The notes under the pieces: model-generated
What the model was told of the DNA's origin: nothing
What the model saw: the letters and a program-made list of their open reading frames with translations, nothing else
Databases searched by the model: none
Made by a program: the position numbers and the translations under genes
Shown here: in pieces, positions 40,540 through 49,204 of the stretch
Layout of the letters: every line of letters starts with the position of its first letter
Position numbering within the stretch: position 1 is the first letter of the stretch
Source: Pleurocapsa sp.
GTDB lineage: Bacteria > Cyanobacteriota > Cyanobacteriia > Cyanobacteriales > Xenococcaceae
Length of the DNA stretch: 64,000 bases
Direction: 5' to 3'
Assembly (NCBI GenBank): GCA_050330395.1
Contig: JBHJNW010000088.1
Coordinates: forward strand, 5,787 to 69,786

Positions 40540-40749
40540 GCTTGACCTATCCTCAATGTAAGATTAAAATTTTAATTCTAAAAATGCTCGAATGTATCTC
40601 TTGTAGTTTATGGAGCAACCAATATGTACATCAACATGGCGTTATTTTTGCCAATCACTTCACTACTGATTAAAAATTGCTTGTCAATCTGTTGGAGACT
40701 AACCCACCACGTAATTTTTTCTCGTTAAATTCTGATATCATCTACATAA

Positions 40750-40787
40750 ATAAGGTCGCATCATCGTCAACTTGAATGCGACCTTAT
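40750..40787 (-). terminator. Hairpin between the precursor peptide gene and the exporter gene, a candidate partial terminator/attenuator
   Basis: 12-bp perfect stem ATAAGGTCGCAT / ATGCGACCTTAT with a 14-nt loop, located 73 nt downstream of the peptide stop codon. On the - strand it is followed by TTATGTAGATG. Confidence 0.55.
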
Positions 40788-40859
40788 ATACCTAGGGCAG
40801 TTAGTTTGGTAGTTTTCTCAAGCTATCTATAACTAGCTGCTCTTTCAGTAGCAATCTAC

Positions 40860-41045
40860 TTAATGGTGACCTTTGCCACGACCTTTGCCACCTTTTTCAT
40901 CGTAGCCATAACCGTAGCTATAACCATAATAACCATAGCCATAACCGTAGCCATAACCATCGCCACCAGAGATTTGTTCCATTTCAGAATCTACTAACTC
41001 GGTAAATTCTACTGATTGCTGGGAAAGATTTTTTTCGTTTAACAT
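40860..41045 (-). CDS. Double-glycine-leader precursor peptide with a Gly/Tyr-repeat core and a basic His-terminated tail
   Basis: MLNEKNLSQQSVEFTELVDSEMEQISGG | DGYGYGYGYGYYGYSYGYGYDEKGGKGRGKGHH. The leader has hydrophobic residues at -4 (I), -7 (M), -12 (L) and -15 (F), Glu at -8 and GG at -2/-1. The gene lies directly upstream of a C39-ABC exporter. Confidence 0.8.
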   Translation of the reverse strand: MLNEKNLSQQSVEFTELVDSEMEQISGGDGYGYGYGYGYYGYSYGYGYDEKGGKGRGKGHH

Positions 41046-41908
41046 GAGCCTATTTCCGTTAATAAAGTTGTCTGTTTACAAAGTCGCTTGGATTTAATTC
41101 AAACTTACTTCCAACCCAATGCCAATAATTAAGATTGAGCCAGAGTATTGAATAAAAGAACTGTAGCCTTTTCCCAAGACGCTTTTAACTCCACCAGAAC
41201 CAAAAATTTGAAGCACCGTGTCGTTACCAGAGGAATATCTTCTAGATTGGTAAGATTTAGCACCAATTAGCTTGATCTTTCTATTCTGAAGAAAATAAAA
41301 TTATTCCAATTTAGGTTGGCTTTACTGCCTAACATAGTGTTTCTGATAATTGGCATTAACATATTCTTTTGAGAATATTGTCAGTGGAGAAACATCAGTA
41401 AAAAAAATCAAAACTTTTTGAATTTTTTACTGAGTTAAACATACATGATTTTGCTAAGCATGACAATAATATTTGGTTAAAAAAAGGTTAATATAATAAC
41501 ACCAATAGAATTGAAATATATAATCATCAGTGCTTATAGCAATTGTAAAAAAGTTTTAAATTTATGTCTGTTTAATTGTTTAACTTGAATAAGATGTTGT
41601 GTAGTATACATTTCATTGTAATGATTATAGATAATATAAATAAACCAAATTAATGTAATATAAACAACAAATAATTACAATTTTTAAAATAGATTAAAGA
41701 GCTAATTGTCAAAAATTATTTGAAAAACATGGTAATTTTAAACAGAAGATTCTTCAGCTTTTGGCAGAATAATCGTGTTTTTCTATCTAGCCTGGAAACT
41801 AATTGAGCCAAGGTAAAATTGAAATGGCTAGGTAGGGAAGCGATAGCGCGTCAGATTCGATTAACCGCGATATACGGATTTAATGATCTGGCGATTTATA
41901 CGCCTTAT

Positions 41909-42370
41909 TTAGGCGATATTCGGAGGAATTGAACCTAGTTGCTGAATCTGCTGTTGGATTAATTCAGCTACGCGATCGCGCTTGATTTCAATACCACGAT
42001 TAAGATTTTGCGAATCTTCTAGAAAAATAATGCTGTCTACCTGCTGTAGAGAAAACAGCCTAAACAAAAGCTGGATGACAGAAATTGGCATCGCCATGAG
42101 ATCGGGGTTAATTTTACCTTGAAAAGTAGCGGCATCCTGAACTGAGACAAAAGCGTAAATTACTTTTTTGTCCTGGTTTAATTGCCGATTAGTAATCGTA
42201 GTTAAGACCCAATCTGCGGCGAGATTTTGTAGCACATAATATTCGAGATGCTGAAGCTGACCCGCCAACAATTTTAATACTGGAGCGATCGCCTGTTCTA
42301 CTACTATGGCTGGTACACCATGATTTGCTGCATCTTTAATTATGATCTCTAACTGTTGCTCCAAGTTCAT
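41909..42370 (-). CDS. Hypothetical protein
   Basis: 153-aa ORF with coding-like composition. No motif recognised. Confidence 0.5.
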   Translation of the reverse strand: MNLEQQLEIIIKDAANHGVPAIVVEQAIAPVLKLLAGQLQHLEYYVLQNLAADWVLTTITNRQLNQDKKVIYAFVSVQDAATFQGKINPDLMAMPISVIQLLFRLFSLQQVDSIIFLEDSQNLNRGIEIKRDRVAELIQQQIQQLGSIPPNIA

Positions 42371-42540
42371 TGAATCTACTTATTGTGAGCTACCTTGGTT
42401 CAAATTTATGACTTCTTAGACAAAATCCGATGGTCAACACGGTGATTGAACAAGTGGAGGAAACCTCCGCGTCCCTCATCGTCAAAACCCACTTTTAATA
42501 AAAGTGTAATAAAGACCTTAAGAACCTTTTGACTTTTGTA

Positions 42541-44253
42541 CTATGCTTTAGCTTTTTTGTTTTTCTTTTTCTCCGCTTGTTTGGCTCTTTTTGCCGCTTC
42601 TTTGGCTGCTTTTAATTCTGCTTCGCCTTTTTGTCGGGCTTTTTCTTTTTCTTCGGCAATCTTGTCTAAATAGTAATGATAATCGCCACGATAAGCAATC
42701 AATTCTCCATCGCGAATTTCGACAATTTTGTTAGCAGTTTGAGAAATAAAATAGCGATCATGAGAAACAATCAACACCGTACCGTCGTAATACTGTAGAG
42801 CTTCTTCTAGCATCTCTTTGGCGGGAATATCTAAATGATTGGTCGGCTCGTCTAAAATCAACAAATTTGCTGGTCTCAGCAGCATTTTTGCCAATGCTAA
42901 ACGGGCTTTTTCACCACCGCTTAAGGCGGCTACTTTTTTAAAGGCGGTATCGCCACTAAACAAGAATTGTCCTAGTAAAGTCCGAACTTCCTCGTTTTTC
43001 CACTCAGGAACTTCATCATGAACCGTATCCATGACGGTTTTCTCTAGATCTAACGCTTCAGCTTGATTTTGCTCAAAATAACCAGGAATAACGTTGTGTT
43101 TACCTAATTCAACCGTTCCCTCGTCGAACTTTTCCATTCCCATAGCCATACGCAACAAAGTGGATTTTCCCGCCCCGTTTGGCCCTAAGATCGCAATGCG
43201 ATCGCCTCGTTCAATGGTTAATTGGGCCCCTAAAAATAAAATGTTATTATTATAGGCATGAACTAAATCCCTAATGATAACTACTTCTCTACCGCTTCTA
43301 GGTGAAGGGGGAAATCGAAACTTGAGAGTTCTTAAATTGGCAACTGGTGCTTCCACAAGTTCTACTTTATCTAACTGCTTTTCTCTACTTTTAGCTTGGG
43401 TACTGCGAGTAGCACTGGCTCTAAATTTCTCGATAAATTCTTGCTGTTTGGCAATTTCTTTTTGCTGTCGCTCGTAAGTTGCTCCTTGAGACAAGCGCGC
43501 TTCAGCTTTTTGCTGGAGATAGGCGGAATAATTGCCTAAATAAGTAGTCGAAATACCTCGCTCTGTTTCGACGATTTTGGTGCAGAGACGATCTAAAAAT
43601 TCGCGGTCATGAGAGACAATAACCATTGGGGTATTAATGCCTCGCAAATAATTTTCTAACCATTCGATGGTTTCTAAATCTAGATGGTTAGTCGGTTCAT
43701 CCAGCAGCAACAAATCTGGTTCTTGCAGCAGAATTTTTCCTAAACTCATTCGCATCTGCCAGCCACCACTATAAGAGCTTACCAGGCGATCGCCATCTTC
43801 GGAAGTAAATCCCATTTCAGGTAGAATTTTTTCAATTTGAGCATCTAGGGTATAGCCTTCAATAGCCTCAAATTGACGCTGTAGCCTATCCAGCTGATCA
43901 ATTAAACGATCTAGCTCATCGGGATCGGCTGTCTCCATCTTTTGCTGTACTTGTCCCATCTCCTGCTGTATTGCATTAGCTTCCGTAAAAACCGTCCAAA
44001 ATTCTTCGTAAACTGTTCGCGTCGGTTCAACTTCAAATTCTTGAGTCAAATAAGCAATTTTGAGGTTAGCTGGACGAATTACTTCTCCAGATGTGGCTTC
44101 AATTTCACCGCTAATGATTTTGAGCTGAGTCGATTTTCCTGCACCATTAACCCCGACTAAACCAACCCTTTCTCCAGGTTTAACTTCCCAGGTAACGTCT
44201 TTGAGAACTTCCCCCGTAGTGTAAATCTTCTTGATGTGTTCGAGTCGTAACAT
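42541..44253 (-). CDS. ABC-F family ATPase (two fused ABC cassettes, no TM domain)
   Basis: 570 aa. Two Walker A motifs (GVNGAGKST, GPNGAGKST), two signatures (YSGGWQMR, LSGGEKAR), an inter-domain linker and a Lys-rich C-terminal tail. Confidence 0.9.
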   Translation of the reverse strand: MLRLEHIKKIYTTGEVLKDVTWEVKPGERVGLVGVNGAGKSTQLKIISGEIEATSGEVIRPANLKIAYLTQEFEVEPTRTVYEEFWTVFTEANAIQQEMGQVQQKMETADPDELDRLIDQLDRLQRQFEAIEGYTLDAQIEKILPEMGFTSEDGDRLVSSYSGGWQMRMSLGKILLQEPDLLLLDEPTNHLDLETIEWLENYLRGINTPMVIVSHDREFLDRLCTKIVETERGISTTYLGNYSAYLQQKAEARLSQGATYERQQKEIAKQQEFIEKFRASATRSTQAKSREKQLDKVELVEAPVANLRTLKFRFPPSPRSGREVVIIRDLVHAYNNNILFLGAQLTIERGDRIAILGPNGAGKSTLLRMAMGMEKFDEGTVELGKHNVIPGYFEQNQAEALDLEKTVMDTVHDEVPEWKNEEVRTLLGQFLFSGDTAFKKVAALSGGEKARLALAKMLLRPANLLILDEPTNHLDIPAKEMLEEALQYYDGTVLIVSHDRYFISQTANKIVEIRDGELIAYRGDYHYYLDKIAEEKEKARQKGEAELKAAKEAAKRAKQAEKKKNKKAKA

Positions 44254-44722
44254 AAAGCATCTCCTGTTATAAATAACGTGTAACCAAACAAAATACTGGG
44301 CGGTTTGTTTATTTTTGTTACATTTTTCGTTTAATTTCTATTATATGATTGATAGATTGAAATATATCTAATAATTTCTTCAAACTATTGCTTGCTTGAT
44401 TTAGTTAAGCAAAAATCAACTTGGCGGGCTTAGTTCCTGACCAAAGTAACGCTTCCCAGCGACTTTAGATAGGCTAACTCAGGTTTTAAATAACAACTAC
44501 TAATAGCAAATCGTTAGAAAATTGCCAATTGCGTAACTTTTAATGTCTAATACTTAAAATAGGTAATTAGAGATGGAAGCTAACTCAAAATATAGGTAGT
44601 ACTAGCTTTGAGCCGTAATGCCTTTAACTATTGGTGTTTTTTCGCATATTTTTCCTTTTAACTATTCATTTTTTTTTAAACACGGGTTTAATTTTTCTGG
44701 CTGTATTTAATTTCGGATCAAG

Positions 44723-45559
44723 ATGACAACAGTTCTAATCGTTGATGACTCAAGCAGCATTAGAGAGTTTTTGAAAATTAACTTATCTAGTGAACTAAAT
44801 ATAAAGATCATTGGGTTGGCAGATAATGGAGAGAGAGCGCTCTCTTTGGTTGAAGAACATCAACCAGACGTGATTTTGATGGATATCGATATGCCTGGCC
44901 AAATCAACGGCATACAAGCAACTGAAAAAATTGTTCAGCGTTTTCCTGAGATCAAAGTTCTACTCCTAACCAGTCAAGATGATAGAGAACAGCTCAATCT
45001 AGCTCTCAAAGCAGGTTCTCGAGGCTATATTCTTAAAAATACTAGCGTCAAAGATATTGCCAACATTATTCGCTTAGCGGAGAAAGGCTTTTTTCAAATT
45101 GGTCCTATACTAGGCAACTGGGATGGTTCGCTACACAGCAATATGCAATCAAATAATGGGACTAAAGCAATAGTCCAAAATTCCCGTAAAGTTGGAGCTA
45201 TCGTCCAGCAAGACACAGAGTCTAATAACAACTATAGCCAAGCATCTGAAATGAATTATGTCTTATCTAATTTGACATCTGGACTATTTCAATTGCAAGA
45301 AACAATTAAATCTCAGGAAGATACGATTGTTAATTTAACTAATCAATACTCCCTGGTTCAACAAGAAATTAGAGCTAAGCTAAACAAAGATAAGCGTACT
45401 TTTAATCCATCGAGAGTGCCTGGTTATAGTTACAAAATCGCCTCCAAAAGTCGTACTCTAAGAAGGCAACATCTTTTATTTATCAGTAGTTTTTTCTTGG
45501 GAGTATTTACTGTGCTTGTTTTAATGTTGGTAATTATGACTTTAGGAACAGTAGTTTAG
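44723..45559 (+). CDS. Response-regulator receiver protein with a coiled coil and a C-terminal TM anchor (no DNA-binding output)
   Basis: REC motifs VLIVDDS, DVILMDIDMP, VLLLTS and RGYILK. These are followed by a low-complexity linker, a coiled coil (LFQLQETIKSQEDTIVNLTNQYSLVQQEI) and a terminal TM (LLFISSFFLGVFTVLVLMLVIMTL). Confidence 0.75.
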   Translation: MTTVLIVDDSSSIREFLKINLSSELNIKIIGLADNGERALSLVEEHQPDVILMDIDMPGQINGIQATEKIVQRFPEIKVLLLTSQDDREQLNLALKAGSRGYILKNTSVKDIANIIRLAEKGFFQIGPILGNWDGSLHSNMQSNNGTKAIVQNSRKVGAIVQQDTESNNNYSQASEMNYVLSNLTSGLFQLQETIKSQEDTIVNLTNQYSLVQQEIRAKLNKDKRTFNPSRVPGYSYKIASKSRTLRRQHLLFISSFFLGVFTVLVLMLVIMTLGTVV

Positions 45560-45582
45560 TTGAACTCAATAACTAATTGTTT

Positions 45583-46035
45583 TTACCTTGCTTGGTTCGA
45601 CGCAGCAGTTTCGCCAATTAAATTAGAGTGCCTACCGCCAAAAATTACTTCAGGCTTGCTATAGTATTTAAATTCTAGCAAGTTGTAAAATGGATCTTCT
45701 AAAAAAAAGCAATAATGCTCTAAATTTTGATTAGGAAAGCGTAACTTTGGTTGATGATAAAAAGTAATTTTTTGCTCTTGAGCGCGATCGCAGATCTGCT
45801 GCCAAGCTGATTTTGTAGGTAAAATTAAACCCAAGTGTCTGGGATAGATCCCTGGTTGTCTAGTCAAAGTTTCTTTAGTAACGTGACCTACTAATTGAGT
45901 GCCGTAAAAATCAAAAATTACTGCCAATTGGTTTTCACGTCCTACTGGGCAGCCTAACCCATCTGCGTAAAATTCTTTGGCTTGAATAACGTTGCTAATG
46001 GGAATAGTTAAATGAAAAATAGCTTTTTGATTCAT
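45583..46035 (-). CDS. VOC (glyoxalase/bleomycin-resistance/dioxygenase) family protein
   Basis: 150 aa with a FHLTIPISN start and beta-alpha-beta-beta-beta-like module spacing. Assignment is at family level only. Confidence 0.55.
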   Translation of the reverse strand: MNQKAIFHLTIPISNVIQAKEFYADGLGCPVGRENQLAVIFDFYGTQLVGHVTKETLTRQPGIYPRHLGLILPTKSAWQQICDRAQEQKITFYHQPKLRFPNQNLEHYCFFLEDPFYNLLEFKYYSKPEVIFGGRHSNLIGETAASNQAR

Positions 46036-46235
46036 AACTTTGCTGTTGTCAATTCATTTAGTTTAGATTGATAATTCTAGAAAAATTCTCGCTTGAAAAA
46101 CAGTCGAGGGAGTCAAGATTACTCCATTAGGTTTGATTTTGGATGCCAACATATATTTTTAGCCTTGCTAGCCCTGTCGCATTCCAGGGTAGAATACTGA
46201 ATGTCTTAAAAACATATTAAAGAATCTAAAGAATC

Positions 46236-46766
46236 ATGAAGCATCAGGGAGTAGCAGTTTGGTTTACAGGATTTAGTGGTGCAGGCAAAAGCACTATTGC
46301 TGCGGCACTTACTGATAAATTGAAATCTGAAGGATACCAGTTAGAAGTTTTAGACGGCGACGAAATTAGAGAAAATTTGACCAAAGATCTTGGTTTTTCT
46401 AAAGAAGATCGAGATACCAACATCCGTCGTATTGGCTTTGTTGCTAAACTATTGGCCCGTAATGGAGTAATTGTCTTAGTCCCTGTTATTAGTCCCTATC
46501 GCGCTATTAGAGAAGAAATGAGGGCAAAAATCGGTAACTTCGTCGAAGTTTTTGTTAATGCTCCTTTATCAGTATGTGAAGAGCGAGATGTCAAAGGGCT
46601 TTATAAACAGGTAAGAGCTGGAAAAATCAAACAGTTTACTGGCATTGACGATCCTTATGAGCCTCCAGTCAATCCTGAAGTCGAATGTCGCACTGATCTC
46701 GAAGAATTATCGGAAAGTGTGGAAAAGATATTCAGCAAACTCAAAGAATCAGGATATATTGCCTGA
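46236..46766 (+). CDS. cysC: Adenylyl-sulfate (APS) kinase
   Basis: 176 aa. P-loop GFSGAGKST, LDGDEIR, and FTGIDDPYEPP. Confidence 0.9.
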   Translation: MKHQGVAVWFTGFSGAGKSTIAAALTDKLKSEGYQLEVLDGDEIRENLTKDLGFSKEDRDTNIRRIGFVAKLLARNGVIVLVPVISPYRAIREEMRAKIGNFVEVFVNAPLSVCEERDVKGLYKQVRAGKIKQFTGIDDPYEPPVNPEVECRTDLEELSESVEKIFSKLKESGYIA

Positions 46767-47023
46767 ACTCAACAAACATTTGCTCAATTTTGACAGCTAG
46801 ATTCTGTGATCTGGCTCAAAACTACTTAACCTCAATTGTTGGCAAGTTCTTGCTATAAATGGCTAAAAAGCTCGACTTATGGTTGAACAGCAAAAATTTG
46901 CTATCAATATTTTATTCAGATCCCCATTGTCCCGTAATTTTACCAGCAAAAAGTTGCCTCACTATTTAGTTTGATTAATTGTCAATATAGTTCAATACAG
47001 GTTTTTAAATTTATACCTAATCT

Positions 47024-47500
47024 ATGGATGATGTAGTATTCGATACGGCCGATTGGCAATTTAAGGTAAATCAAATAGTTTGTTTAGAACATCAAAGCAA
47101 TAAACTTTATGGTGAAGTAATTCAGCTAATTCCCAATCGTAAACTGTGCTGGTTTAGACCAAAGTGCTTGGTGCTATCTAACTTTGATATTGCACAGCCG
47201 AACGATTACTTCTACAAGCAAAGTAAACAGCCTCTTTTGAACTCAAACTCAGTCGATTTGGCGCAAAAAGCTTTTTGCCGCAGCTCTAATTTAGAAGAAA
47301 CTCAATTAATAGATCTACGGTCAACTTCCGACTTATTATGGCCTGTAATCTTATTTAGACCAGCTTTCGATACTGAAATTATTTATTTATTAGCTCAATT
47401 AAATGATCCAAACTATTGTATAACTGATAAAACAATTAATCGGCAACATTTAAACCGATTTGTTCAGCAGGTTTGGCAAGCTAATCAGGATAAATTTTAA
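47024..47500 (+). CDS. Hypothetical protein
   Basis: 158-aa ORF. No motif recognised. Confidence 0.45.
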   Translation: MDDVVFDTADWQFKVNQIVCLEHQSNKLYGEVIQLIPNRKLCWFRPKCLVLSNFDIAQPNDYFYKQSKQPLLNSNSVDLAQKAFCRSSNLEETQLIDLRSTSDLLWPVILFRPAFDTEIIYLLAQLNDPNYCITDKTINRQHLNRFVQQVWQANQDKF

Positions 47501-48019
47501 ATATTTGAATATATAGAAGATAATTGACATTATTATTTGACTCTTTAATTCTTCATATGTCTATGTCTTTTTTCTCCTAGTTCTTTACTTTTGTAGTTTA
47601 ACCTGAATGAAAGTAAACATAATTCTCTAGCAATTAAAGATTTAGTAAATTCTAATACCAACCATTAGATCAAACTAAATCATAATAAGTTCATGATGCT
47701 AGTCAAAAGCAGTTTAATTGGTGTCAGCAAAAACTAAAAATTCAGTAATTGCCCTGATCTAGAAAAGCGATAAATTGATTATAAATATAAGGTGTTTCTC
47801 ATAGTTAAGGTGGAATGGGGTTTTTCAAGGCATAGCATGGGTCAAAAAAATGTAAAACATTTTACATAATACCCACAGTTAACCAAGCTTTTGGGCAAAG
47901 TTTAGTAGTGCTTTATCTCCCTATCAAGATTCCATAAAGTAGGTTGAAAAAAGTGGATATCTGTGAATTTACCGATTATTCTTGGAACATAAAACTAATT
48001 TTTTTAAGCAATATCTAAA

Positions 48020-48373
48020 GTGAGAAACAATCAAATGAGCAGCACACAACTACGTACGCAATTTACCACTTTCAGACCAGAAGGTTTTTTAAGTGCAGCA
48101 AATGCTTCAGAATTTTTGGAACGTTTGACGGCAGAAGTAAAATCTTCAGTAAATTCCGCTTTGCTCGTCAATATGGAGGCGGTAGAATTTATGGATAGCG
48201 CGGGATTGATGGCTTTAATCAAAGCATTCCGTCTCGCTGAAAGCTTAGGGCGTAGATTTGGGATTTGCTCTCTTGCCCCTTCAGTACGCATGATGTTTGA
48301 GCTGACTCAATTAGATAAAGCTTTTGAAATTTTTGACACTCAAGCTGATTTTCAACTAGCAATTAAGAACTAA
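48020..48373 (+). CDS. STAS-domain protein (anti-sigma-factor antagonist, SpoIIAA-like)
   Basis: 117 aa with the phosphorylatable-Ser context FMDSAGLMALIK, typical of STAS/anti-anti-sigma factors. Confidence 0.75.
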   Translation: MRNNQMSSTQLRTQFTTFRPEGFLSAANASEFLERLTAEVKSSVNSALLVNMEAVEFMDSAGLMALIKAFRLAESLGRRFGICSLAPSVRMMFELTQLDKAFEIFDTQADFQLAIKN

Positions 48374-48515
48374 GCATGAAGAAATTTTTATCTTGCTGTT
48401 AGCAGGCAGATAATCACTATGTAAAGTCACAAAGACAGTAACAGTTGTTAGTAATTCTTGAAGATTGCCAGCGAAGCTTGAGTTTAGTAGTTTGGCTTTA
48501 GCAATTAAGTTCTAT

Positions 48516-48869
48516 CTAAGCAAAGCGACTCGTTACTTTGCCTACTATGTCCAATAGTCCTACTACTCCCCAATGACGACTATCAGTACTGGCAATTGGA
48601 TTATCCCCAGTTAGAAAATACTGGTCATTGCGCTCAATCGCTGAAACTCTTTTGACAATCTTTAAGTTATTCACTTGCGGATGCTTTGTCACTACGATGT
48701 CATTAATTCTGGGAAGGTTTTTGTGATAAGCATATGGATCGACTAGGATCTCATCTCCTGGGTTTAGAAAAGGCTGCATTGATTCTCCGACAACTTTCAG
48801 CCGCTTTCGCCTACGTAGCACTAACATTAATAGTTCGTAATAACTAGTTCTTGGGAGAATATCTGCCAT
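48516..48869 (-). CDS. Small S26-family signal-peptidase-like protease (SodX-like size and layout)
   Basis: 117 aa. Ser nucleophile context VGESMQP, Lys context IVKRV, and C-terminal GDNPIASTDSRHWG. Confidence 0.65.
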   Translation of the reverse strand: MADILPRTSYYELLMLVLRRRKRLKVVGESMQPFLNPGDEILVDPYAYHKNLPRINDIVVTKHPQVNNLKIVKRVSAIERNDQYFLTGDNPIASTDSRHWGVVGLLDIVGKVTSRFA

Positions 48870-49204
48870 AATTTGCTTGCTCGAAATGGAAAAAGAATTA
48901 TCATAGCCATGATTAAATTCTAAAACTTTAAGTTGACGAATAGAAACTCGGGTTAGTTGATATTTTAGCCAAATTTACGATATTTAATTAGCGTGAAGGT
49001 TGCTAACACGTAACATGATTTGATCTGTTGTTCAAAGCTGTTCTTAAAATTATTTTGGTCTTGATTACCTGATCGCTTTTTATGATCTAGAGCAGGGTTA
49101 AGCGAATACAACCTAAGACTTGCTAATTTTGCTTGCTTACCAAGACGATCTGGTGAATTACCCTTTATCATTCGAGGTAGACTTTAAAATTATCTTACTT
49201 GATA

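Noticed and set aside
41094-41300. Minus-strand open frame upstream of the precursor gene containing ...TVLQIFGSGG followed by VKSVLGKGYSSFIQYSGSILIIGIGLEVSLN. It looks like a second GG-type bacteriocin gene or a relic of one.
   Set aside because: No ATG/GTG/TTG start gives a leader of useful length. The pre-GG segment is basic rather than acidic and does not fit the -4/-7/-12/-15 hydrophobic pattern. At most it is a decayed remnant, which cannot be supported from sequence alone.
47851-47866. TGTA-N8-TACA palindrome (NtcA/CRP-family-like site, part of ATGTAAAA-CA-TTTTACAT) about 160 nt upstream of the STAS gene.
   Set aside because: The motif is expected about once by chance in AT-rich DNA of this length. 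No TAN3T -10 box sits at the required roughly 22-nt distance downstream.
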